Source of the DNA: an uncultured Methanosarcinaceae archaeon
GTDB lineage: Archaea; Halobacteriota; Methanosarcinia; Methanosarcinales; Methanosarcinaceae
Direction of reading: 5' to 3'
DNA: 64,000 nucleotides
Assembly: GCA_963727895.1 (NCBI GenBank)
Contig: CAVSHT010000012.1
Span: 128,001 to 192,000 of the forward strand
In this document: positions 1 to 8,623 of the stretch, in pieces
Numbering within the stretch: the first letter of the stretch is position 1
Layout: the number at the start of each line of letters is the position of its first letter
Position numbers and translations under genes: made by a program
Notes under the pieces: generated by a model
The model's input: only the letters and a program-made list of their open reading frames with translations
The model's database searches: none
Told to the model about the DNA's origin: nothing

Positions 1-752
1 CTATCGATTATTCCAGATACTTTGTTCTTTTCATTTACTACAGTAACTCTTCCAATATCATAGTAAATAATCATCTTAATTGCACTTTGAATGGAATCTG
101 TTTCAGGAAGTGTATAGGTAGGAGTTGACATTATTTTCTCAACCCTCGGACTATCTTCAAGCCTAACCCTCCTTTCATCTTCGACTTCCATTCGCACATT
201 ACCTGATTTTATTATATCTCTTCTTGTTATCATTCCAATAGGCTCACCCTTCTTTGAAACTACAGGAATTCCCGTATAATCGGTCTCGAGCATATGTGCC
301 CATACCATGCTAACTTTGTCTTCTGGTAAACAGGTTTTGACTTTTTTTGTCATTACATCCTGTAGTGATTTGGAAACATTTTTGGGAACTTTAATGTTCC
401 TGAGAATATCCACATTGCTCAAGACTCCAACCACCTTATGATCTGTGGTTGATTTGACAACAGGGACTCTATTCTGCCTTGATTGCACCATCAGTTTTGC
501 AGCCTTCATAACATCCATATCAGGAGTTACAGTAGGGGATTGGCTTGCATATCCTCCTACTGTGACATTTGAACGTGTAGAGGTAACTCTCAGGATGTCC
601 TGGTCACTTAACATTCCCACAAGTCTGTTTTCTTCATCAACTACAACAAGGCTTCGAAGGAGGTAATCGCGCATAAGCTGACGGGCGCGAGTCACAAAAT
701 CTCCCTCTTTGATGCTCACAGGCTCATTTGTCATAATCTCGCTAACGTTCAT
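1..752 (-). CDS. CBS-domain protein (four CBS repeats), truncated by the window edge
   Basis: Not in the ORF track because it runs off the edge. Manual translation from the ATG at 752 gives [48 protein letters not shown]..., then [11 protein letters not shown]...TGIPVV and EKIMSTP...IGRVTVV, which are typical CBS repeats. Confidence 0.85.
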   Translation of the reverse strand, partial: MNVSEIMTNEPVSIKEGDFVTRARQLMRDYLLRSLVVVDEENRLVGMLSDQDILRVTSTRSNVTVGGYASQSPTVTPDMDVMKAAKLMVQSRQNRVPVVKSTTDHKVVGVLSNVDILRNIKVPKNVSKSLQDVMTKKVKTCLPEDKVSMVWAHMLETDYTGIPVVSKKGEPIGMITRRDIIKSGNVRMEVEDERRVRLEDSPRVEKIMSTPTYTLPETDSIQSAIKMIIYYDIGRVTVVNEKNKVSGIID

Positions 753-811
753 TGTGTACCTTCCTAACTTTCCATAAAAATATTTAAAAATAAATATCTA
801 CACGTATTAGG

Positions 812-1465
812 TTATTCGTAATCTTCGCCTTCTTCTTGTCGACATTTTTCGCACAGGTACCTTCCGTCCACAAATTTAAGATCATATGTAAAAATGTTAC
901 AGGATTCGCATACTCCTGTTTGGAAATCTTCTTTCTCTGAAACCTCTTCAATTGAGGGGGCGGAAAGTAGAGTCTCCCTGTTCATATCAATAAGCTCTTT
1001 GAGAATAGTATTAAGTCCGGGAGTTACCATCAGGATATCAGTGTTAGAAATAACTCCTATTAATCTACCATTTTCTAGGACTGGCAGCCTCTTAATATTT
1101 GCTTTTAACATAATCTCAGAAGCTTCTACTATACTTGTTTTAGGCTCTACGGTTATTAAAGGGGTTGAGAGAATTTCACTTGCCTTTACCTCGCTTGGCT
1201 TTTTGTCCTCTGTAACGATACCCTTTACAAAGTCCCTTTCAGTTATAATCCCCAGAGCTTTGTCGTTCTCGGTAATAATAACACTTCCTGCGTTACGACT
1301 GATCATTTCTTTTGCAATAGCAGGAATACTTGAGTTTATATCCATTACAATTACTGCTTTATTCATTACTTCAGCAACCGAAACCTCTCTTTCAATCTCT
1401 CTGCTGTGAATACCAACACCTATCTCTCTTTCAGCATTTGTGTCCCTCCCAGATTTATCCACCAT
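812..1465 (-). CDS. CBS-domain protein with C-terminal Zn-ribbon (CESC...CEKC)
   Basis: VAEVMNK...GIITERD and ILSTPLITV...IKRLPV...GVISNTD form a CBS pair; two CxxC motifs near the C-terminus. Confidence 0.9.
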   Translation of the reverse strand: MVDKSGRDTNAEREIGVGIHSREIEREVSVAEVMNKAVIVMDINSSIPAIAKEMISRNAGSVIITENDKALGIITERDFVKGIVTEDKKPSEVKASEILSTPLITVEPKTSIVEASEIMLKANIKRLPVLENGRLIGVISNTDILMVTPGLNTILKELIDMNRETLLSAPSIEEVSEKEDFQTGVCESCNIFTYDLKFVDGRYLCEKCRQEEGEDYE

Positions 1466-1719
1466 TTGCTGCTGTTCCCCCTCTTGTTCTGTATTTCGGC
1501 GATTAATAATACAAGGTCTATAGTATTATACTAATTTCATAACATCTACAATATAAAATACGCAATATAACATATGCAATATAAACTCATGATTAAAATT
1601 TTTTAAGTTTCTCGGAAAAACGTTTTCCATTGTTTTAATTTCTGTTTAATTCAGCTTTTTGGGTTCTTGTTTTTTAAGGGAAATTTTTTTGTGAGGCCTA
1701 TGATTTCTATATTTATTAC

Positions 1720-1969
1720 TATGGGAGTGCAGAGGGTCACGAATACCCCATTCTTTAGATTGGGGATGAAGTGAACCCTTGCATCTTATTGGTTTCGATT
1801 AAATCTCTGTACCGTTGCTTCTTTGTGATGTTTCTTAGTATCGCGGTTGTAGAAGTTGGTAATGCAACTCTGCATTAAGAAAGTCTTGTAAATATATCCT
1901 TAACTATTTTCCATAAATCGGGCAAGCGGCCCGAAGCATACCCCATCCTTTAGAGTGGGGTGGCTGCAC
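1720..1969. mobile_element. Non-autonomous IS200/IS605-family remnant (miniature element retaining both subterminal hairpins)
   Basis: Two related hairpins, CCCCATTCTTTAGATTGGGG (1746-1765) and CCCCATCCTTTAGAGTGGGG (1941-1960), match the CCCC..TTTAG..GGGG IS200/IS605 end style. A 29-codon minus-strand ORF (1786-1875) ends in EATVQRFNRNQ, resembling the TnpA C-terminal helix. Ends are approximate. Confidence 0.6.
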
Positions 1970-2195
1970 GTAATTTGATTTGTTGTCTATTCTCTCCTAA
2001 GACGTTTTCCCCATATCTTTTTTGGACGGTTTTATAACATTTATATATATGAGTCAATGGTACATAATGATAACGGAATTTTGCTTTTTTGTAAAGAACA
2101 GAAGTTTTCCTGAAGTCAGGAATGTGTTTTTTTATTTTTAGCTTATTTCGTCATACTAATAATATTTATTTAATTATTACAGAAATTTTTCCAGT

Positions 2196-2392
2196 ACTTT
2201 ATTGTTTTCACTGGAGGTTTTTGTTGAGAGTGTAAAATGTTCAGTCCTCTAGAAAAAGTATTAGGAAGAGGTGCAGAAGAAGAGTATTTTTTAAAAGCAG
2301 AATTATACAATTTCAAAAAATTGTATCACATTTGCAATGCTTTTTATCTATCTCACAGGAAATCTTTTTTACCCCTTTATTTCCACTGGAAT
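2196..2392 (-). promoter_or_regulatory. ORB-like (Cdc6/Orc1 origin recognition box) elements in an AT-rich intergenic region
   Basis: Minus strand 2371-2391 reads TTCCAGTGGAAATAAAGGGGT, the canonical ORB core plus G-string. A degenerate copy CTCCAGTGAAAACAATAAAGT lies at 2196-2216. Confidence 0.6.
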
Positions 2393-2510
2393 TTACTTCA
2401 TAATATTTTCTCTAAAATTCCGTGAGGTTAAAATTAAACCAGAGAGTGTAGAAATCGGATAGAAAAAGGAGAGTAATTAAAGAGAGTAATTAAAACATAA
2501 AGGGAAATAA

Positions 2511-3965
2511 TTAAAGCATAATCACTCGGCTTCGATTTCCTATACTCAACTCGATTTCTTCATTTAAACCATATTTTGCATACCCATTAATTATCTGGAT
2601 TTCAGAATCAACATCTATATCCTCAATCACATACGCTTGTTCTCCCCAGAGAGTTACTCTAATGCTACCTGTTTTATCTTTAAGTACTAGGTTTGAAACT
2701 ATGTTTTCGGTACCATCTTCTCTTTCAAACTCTCTAAGTTCTCCTATCTCGGAAACTTTACCCTGAACTGAATAGGTTTCTCCAGGGATAATATCAGCAA
2801 TATCCGTAAACTTTTCTTTATATTCAATCTCCTTCTCACTTTTTTGGATTATCCCTCTATTTCCAAGATTCAATTCCACCTGCTGGTTGAAGGCATTTTC
2901 CCGAGAATAAGCATGGAGTACTTCTATAGTTTCATCAAAATCGACTTCATCCAAAAAGTTAGTTTTTTCATCCCAGAGGGTCAACCTTATTTTGCCTGTG
3001 GTATCGCCAAGTAGAAGATTTCCTACTCTTCCAGTTGAGCCGTCTTTTTTCTCAAATGTACGGATTTCGCCAATGTCGAGTATTTTTCCGGAAGTATTAA
3101 TATCGTTCATATCAGTCCTGATATCTTCAATTGGAGTGAATTCCTCTTCATACTCAACTTTTTTCTCACTCTTTTTGATTATACTTCGGTTTCCCACCTG
3201 CATCTCAACTTTCTGAGTAAAAGCATTCTCCCTTGCATAAGCATTGATAAGTTCAACAGTATCTCCATACTCTATCTGGTTCAAGAACTCGGTCTTGTCA
3301 TCCCACAAAGTTACCCTGACTGTACCTGTATTGTCTCCAAGAAGCAGGTTTCCTACCTTTCCAGGGTTTCCGTCTTTTCTCTGGAATGTCCTAATTTCTG
3401 AAATTTCCAGGATTTTTCCTGTCAAATTCAGGTCTCCCATACCATCTTTTATATCTTTTATTTTCTGGTTGTTAGCAGCCACATCAACTTCTTCTTCACT
3501 TTCAGATAGGACTCCATTGTTTCCTATGTTGATTTCTACTCCTGAGTATCCCTGCTTTGCATAGCCACCAATCTGGAGGGTTTGCCCGATTTCAATTTTT
3601 CCAGTTTTTATGAGGTCTGCCATATTGTCCCAAAGAGTTACCCTAATTTTCCCGGTCTCATCTCCAACGATTATATTTCCTACTCTTCCTATTGTCCCAT
3701 CGTTTCTGGTAAACTCTTTGGTATCAAAAACCGAAACTATTTTTGCAATAAAATTAACTGGCCCGCTCTCAGCTGTGATATTTTCAATTTTCACACTGTC
3801 TCGGCCTACATCTGAAAATCCAAGTTCATTGGCTACTAGCATAGCAGCCATAGAGTCGTCACAAAGTCCTCCCATGCTTTCGACTTTTTCCTGTACGCGC
3901 TGCAGGAAGTCTTCTTTACTGATAACATGGCTGAGTTTTTTATAGATTGATTCAATATCTGTCAT
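2511..3965 (-). CDS. rpa: Replication protein A (multi-OB-fold ssDNA-binding protein)
   Basis: Four repeats of the OB-fold pattern GK(I/V)xxIxE(I/L)RxFxR(K/E)DG...LLGDxTGxIR(V/L)TLW. Confidence 0.93.
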   Translation of the reverse strand: MTDIESIYKKLSHVISKEDFLQRVQEKVESMGGLCDDSMAAMLVANELGFSDVGRDSVKIENITAESGPVNFIAKIVSVFDTKEFTRNDGTIGRVGNIIVGDETGKIRVTLWDNMADLIKTGKIEIGQTLQIGGYAKQGYSGVEINIGNNGVLSESEEEVDVAANNQKIKDIKDGMGDLNLTGKILEISEIRTFQRKDGNPGKVGNLLLGDNTGTVRVTLWDDKTEFLNQIEYGDTVELINAYARENAFTQKVEMQVGNRSIIKKSEKKVEYEEEFTPIEDIRTDMNDINTSGKILDIGEIRTFEKKDGSTGRVGNLLLGDTTGKIRLTLWDEKTNFLDEVDFDETIEVLHAYSRENAFNQQVELNLGNRGIIQKSEKEIEYKEKFTDIADIIPGETYSVQGKVSEIGELREFEREDGTENIVSNLVLKDKTGSIRVTLWGEQAYVIEDIDVDSEIQIINGYAKYGLNEEIELSIGNRSRVIML

Positions 3966-5429
3966 ATTATCCCCTTAATGTACGGATAGTATCATCAATA
4001 TTTGTTATTTGTTTATTTCTGCAACAATATATGTTGTAATGATTGCTGCTATGAATTTATTTCTGGTATTATTGTGTAAAATCCAAAATTGTTTTATGAG
4101 AGCAATATATTGTAAATCTGAGCACTTTATGAAAAACATACTTCTCAGTTGAGCTTCAGGTGAGAGTTCATATTATCATATATTCAAACTATTAGTACAC
4201 TTCAAATTACATTAAGCTATTAGTACACTTTAAATTTATACTCTTTAATAGATGAGCGAACCATTCTTATTCCAGATTCTATTCATTTTTTGTGTTAACT
4301 GCAAAGCATTCTGAATGCAGGTCAACAATTCTGTCACTATAAAACTTAAGGATTATGACTTCATAGTAATTTTGGAACTAAATTTCAGAGCATTTTGGAA
4401 GATACTATTTTACTGAACTTTGACCAGGATTTAACTGATTGAATAGACTTTTCATGAAATCCTGCTAAGGTGCTTAAATATGACGGCCGTAAAAATACCT
4501 GAATTGTGCTACAGTATACAAGCATTCCTACTAAAGATTACCCTATCTCAATGAAAGTATTTCTCAACAAAAATAAAAATATAATAACTTTTATGTTTTT
4601 GTGCTTATAACTTCAGTAAGGATAAAAATAATATCAAATATTTCAAAACTCAGAGCTTTTGACTTTTTTTACCCATCTCCGAATTAGTTTCGTTCCTGTC
4701 TATGTGGATATTTCAGCATGTTCTTCAATAATTCTTCTGTTTTGGTCCTCTCTATAAGATCAGGCTGGGCAATTAATAGCCCTATATCTGTAAATTATGG
4801 TTGTATTATTAAAGTTTTTGATGCTGATTTTTAATGTAACGAGGAAGTCTATATATTCATAAATAAATATGTAAAGAGACGATAGGGCAAAATGTTTAAA
4901 ATCTTAGTTTTTGAAAAATCCAACATTCTAAAGTACAGTATTTTTTGTGCAGATTATTGCTTTTTTTTCTAGAAATATTTAGTTTCTGATCTCTTAGCGG
5001 AATACAAGACTTTAATATCTTATGTCTACAAGAAAAAACTTCAAAGCTATGATTGTATTTGATATTAAGAACAATTGGAAGCCATAAAATGGCTCTTCAG
5101 TCTTAAGCATCTTAAATTCAGTTTTAAACGGATATGTGATGATAGTAAAAAGATTCTTAGTTTTGTAACCTGTTTATTTTGTATGTGAAGTGTTATAAAG
5201 CTTTAAACTCGATTTTTGATTTTTATTTAACATTACAAAAATAAGTATATTTATATTCGAATATTTCCCTATTTGTTTCGATTCTAAGTCCTAATTAATT
5301 AAATCTAAACTACTGGGATAAAGAAGTTAATTAAATGTGAATCTAAAAAATAACTTCTCCTATTAAATTTTTAAGAATGAATACCTTAGAACTTACTTTG
5401 ACATAAACGAAATAAGGAGGAAAAAAATA

Positions 5430-5864
5430 ATGCAAAAAACTATGTTTAAAACAATATGTGTTTTCACTTTAGTCTTCGTTGTCATGTCAATGACAGGAGC
5501 AGCTAGTACTTGTACAACCAAAACAGATGCAATAAACGATTCATATAGTATTAGCCTTAGAACATGTCCACATACTTCTTATTGCTTTAATTATGCCACT
5601 GTACTGAAGAATGATAAAGGATGCAACCTTCAGGTTACAACTACAGGAACTATCAAAACCAAACTTGGTGGTACCGTGACTATGAAGAGTAACGGTGCAT
5701 TCTGCTATAAAGCACCAGCAAAATGTTGTTCCTCATGCGGTACTTGTACTGACAGTTTCACTTACTGTGTAAAAGGTACAAATGGATCCGATTGTGCAAC
5801 CGTTACAATGAATCTCAAATGTCCCTGCTCCAGCTCCAGCTGCTCAACCTGCTCAACCTGCTGA
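5430..5864 (+). CDS. Secreted cysteine-rich protein with a single Ig-like (Big_9/cadherin-like) repeat
   Basis: RBS AAGGAGG upstream; hydrophobic signal peptide; motifs DAINDSY, VLKND, GGTVTMKSNGAFCY and DSFTY...ATVT are typical of Big_9/tandem-95 repeats; 17 Cys. Confidence 0.75.
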   Translation: MQKTMFKTICVFTLVFVVMSMTGAASTCTTKTDAINDSYSISLRTCPHTSYCFNYATVLKNDKGCNLQVTTTGTIKTKLGGTVTMKSNGAFCYKAPAKCCSSCGTCTDSFTYCVKGTNGSDCATVTMNLKCPCSSSSCSTCSTC

Positions 5865-6159
5865 AAGTATTTTTCAGTAGGAATATTTTGACAAACACAT
5901 TAAAGGGAAAAGGAAGTATTGATCTTCCGGGATTTAATCCCAAAATCCCTTATGCTTTTACTGAATATCCTAGTTTTAAAAGCAGTTCAGAGATATTTTA
6001 GAATATTTCTAGCTATATACAAGTCTTTTTTAACCTTTATGTTTTTACTACTCAGGACTGTATTTTACCTTAATTGATTTTTAGATGGACCCTATCATAA
6101 TAATGTTTTAAAATTTATTTTTGTAGTATAACAAAGTTAATTTTTCAGAGAATCATTAA

Positions 6160-6448
6160 TTCGGATTTTTGACTTTTTCATAGCTATACCATAAAAATTT
6201 GTGGAATCTATCTATGTAATACTTTATCTTTTTATATTCCCATGACTTGGATTAAAGTGTTTATATTTCTTACCATGATGGTTATCAAACCATTTGTTTC
6301 AATGATGATTGTCAAACCATTATTGCCATAATGGTTATCAAACTCTTGTTACCATCGTACTTACACCCATAAGTAGCCGCATTTACTGTTGCAGACGTCA
6401 CTGATAGTAAAAACAAACTTCCAGCAAAATGCCAATTATTTTCTTCAT
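6160..6448 (-). pseudogene. Frameshifted small secreted His/Asn-rich repeat protein
   Basis: ATG at 6448 gives MKKIIGILLEVCF. Adding one T in the T-run restores LLSVTSATVNAA, a signal peptide. Further frameshifted pieces encode three FDNH(H/Y)G-like repeats and a ...WEYKKIKYYIDRFHKFLWYSYEKV tail. 3' end is approximate. Confidence 0.55.
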
Positions 6449-6963
6449 TTTCAACATTAGACTCACGTATAAAGCCACAATGGTTCAGTCTATGCTTTGT
6501 GGTTATTTATGTATATATTTAAATCAAAAAAGCAGGCAATGATATCAAGATACGGCTTCGAAGATCATATTTGGATTTTATATTTCAACTTCAATATGTT
6601 CCAGCACCACAAACGATGGCACAACGGCAGGGCTCCAAAAGTAGTCAGTAAATACTGACAAAAAGTTCAATCAAGTCAATACTTGCTGTTGATATCAATG
6701 TGGAATTCTATAACCACTTCAATATCAATATGGGAACAACAAAACTTAATTAAAATTCTTTATAGTGATGTTGTTTGTGCTCATTTGTATCATTGATGTT
6801 TGTTCAGGGGGTAAGTTTAATTTCAACTCAATGTTATTTCCCAAAATACATCCTTTTTTATTTCAGCTCAAAAAGCTCCTGGCTTTATAAATAAATCAAG
6901 ATGTCTAACGTCTTAATTTACAAAACCTTATTTATGGTAAAGTTTCATTATGTACGTGATACC

Positions 6964-7587
6964 ATGATTCGAAAATGCACTGAGCACGGCTATTTTAGAG
7001 GGAGCAGCTGTCTGCAGTGTAAACGTCCTGGAAGATACCTGCTAGACGACAGCAAGGAAGAAAAGCTTGGTAGGTTTGTATCTGGCACTCTTCGACATTT
7101 TCCAGCATCTGTAGAAGTTGAAATGGATAGATTTGGTTGGGTGAATCTCAATGCTTTCTGTGATGTCATGAGAAAGCGATACAACTGGATGAGGAAAGAA
7201 TACCTTTATGCCCTTGTAGAATCCGATGAGAAAGGAAGGTATGAAATCTGTAATTCTACAATCAGAGCACGCTACGGGCATTCTGTCAATATTGATCTCG
7301 ATTACGAGGAAAGTAATTTCCAATATTTATATTACGGAGTAAGTCCTGAAGAAGTAGATGTTCTGTTGGAGAATGGAATTTTTCCGATAAAACAAAGATA
7401 TGTCCACCTCAGCACTTCATATGAAAAAGCAGTAGAAGTGGCTCTTATTCATACTGAAAGCCCTATCATCCTTCAGATAGATGCTCTTAAAGCGCAGGAA
7501 GATGGAATCTCTCTAAAACTAGCAACCAGTTATATCGTACTTGCGGAAAATATGCCACCTGATTACCTTTTTGTCGTTGAGGACTGA
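6964..7587 (+). CDS. kptA: RNA 2'-phosphotransferase (Tpt1/KptA)
   Basis: SGTLRHFP, DEKGRYE, IRARYGHS and YVHLS motifs; N-terminal CxxH...CxxC Zn ribbon. Likely start is MIRKC at 6964 rather than 6901. Confidence 0.92.
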   Translation: MIRKCTEHGYFRGSSCLQCKRPGRYLLDDSKEEKLGRFVSGTLRHFPASVEVEMDRFGWVNLNAFCDVMRKRYNWMRKEYLYALVESDEKGRYEICNSTIRARYGHSVNIDLDYEESNFQYLYYGVSPEEVDVLLENGIFPIKQRYVHLSTSYEKAVEVALIHTESPIILQIDALKAQEDGISLKLATSYIVLAENMPPDYLFVVED

Positions 7588-7598
7588 TTTTACATATT

Positions 7599-8594
7599 TC
7601 AACTTACTGATACTTTAAAAAAACCTTCTTTTTTTTCTATTCTGAATTTAACATCAAGAAATTGTTCAGTAATCCAGATGTTTGTCTCAGTATGAAGAGA
7701 AAGTTCACGGACAGTGTAAGAACTATTCCCTGCAAGAGCCATATATGGTATCAGCTGGTCTGCCAGATGCATGTCTACAGAGGTTCCTGCTCTAAGTTCA
7801 GGGATAATTGAATCTGCGGCAGTATTACCTACTTTTTCCGCAGGAAGCCCTTTTTCACCAAGAGCACTACTACCGATATAGCCTGTCCAAAGAGTTATCC
7901 CGCTTCCTGTGGAAAAAGCTTCAAAGGATTGAGTTTCTATCTGTGATGGATAACTATTTTCCATTAATTTCTTACTGGCAGCTTCAGCCTGGCGTAATGG
8001 TACATGAATTGGAAGATTTGAAGCATGAGAAATCCCCTGGATTTTTTCTTCTTCTTTCAAAAAATGAAATCCTTTCAGCCTGCATGGTTTAAAAAAAGTT
8101 GAAACTCTTCCTCCACCTTTTGGGTAGTAGCCATGTTCCTTCAAGATTATGTTGCCTGAATATCCAAATTGCTTCAGAGCCCTGAAGGTCACATACTGCA
8201 GGTAATCAATCGTTGGAGACCATGCCACATCGGTTCCTCCTCTTACTGTGAGTTCTACATCTTCTTTTGCAAATGGCAGAGCAGGCATAATACACTGGAG
8301 AAGCAGGGATATACTTCCTGCAGTTTCGATATCAATATCATACTTACCCCCCTTTATTTCCACTGGAGTAAACAAAATTTCAGTAGAACCTGGAAAAAGT
8401 CCTGAAACCTTAGCATCACATATCGTGGTTGCAGTTTCTAAAGCCTTCAAATGCTGTTGTTTCAGCCCTGGATTTGGCCTGTTTTTTCTTATATTCTTAA
8501 TCCTGATCTCTTTTCCAGTAACTGCGGAAAGAGCGACAGCTGTTCTGACCAACTGTCCTCCCCCCTCCCCGTAAGAACCATCGATTTCTAACAC
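7599..8594 (-). CDS. rtcA: RNA 3'-terminal phosphate cyclase
   Basis: IDGSYGEGGGQLVRTA, RPNPGLKQQH, GYYPKGGG and VDMHLADQLIPY motifs. Confidence 0.96.
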   Translation of the reverse strand: MLEIDGSYGEGGGQLVRTAVALSAVTGKEIRIKNIRKNRPNPGLKQQHLKALETATTICDAKVSGLFPGSTEILFTPVEIKGGKYDIDIETAGSISLLLQCIMPALPFAKEDVELTVRGGTDVAWSPTIDYLQYVTFRALKQFGYSGNIILKEHGYYPKGGGRVSTFFKPCRLKGFHFLKEEEKIQGISHASNLPIHVPLRQAEAASKKLMENSYPSQIETQSFEAFSTGSGITLWTGYIGSSALGEKGLPAEKVGNTAADSIIPELRAGTSVDMHLADQLIPYMALAGNSSYTVRELSLHTETNIWITEQFLDVKFRIEKKEGFFKVSVS

Positions 8595-8623
8595 TTCTCT
8601 CCTCCATATTTCCTGTTTTCATC

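Noticed and set aside
2237..2425. 62-aa plus-strand ORF
   Set aside because: No RBS or domain; overlaps the ORB-like boxes in AT-rich DNA.
4240..5400. Long ORF-free gap searched for ncRNA or gene remnants
   Set aside because: Only short weak hairpins (for example GGGC-AATTAATA-GCCC near 4767) and no convincing coding remnant were visible by eye.
6271..6355. Spaced short repeats resembling a mini-CRISPR
   Set aside because: Period of about 27 bp with no unique 30-40 nt spacers and no cas genes; better explained as a coding repeat of a pseudogene.
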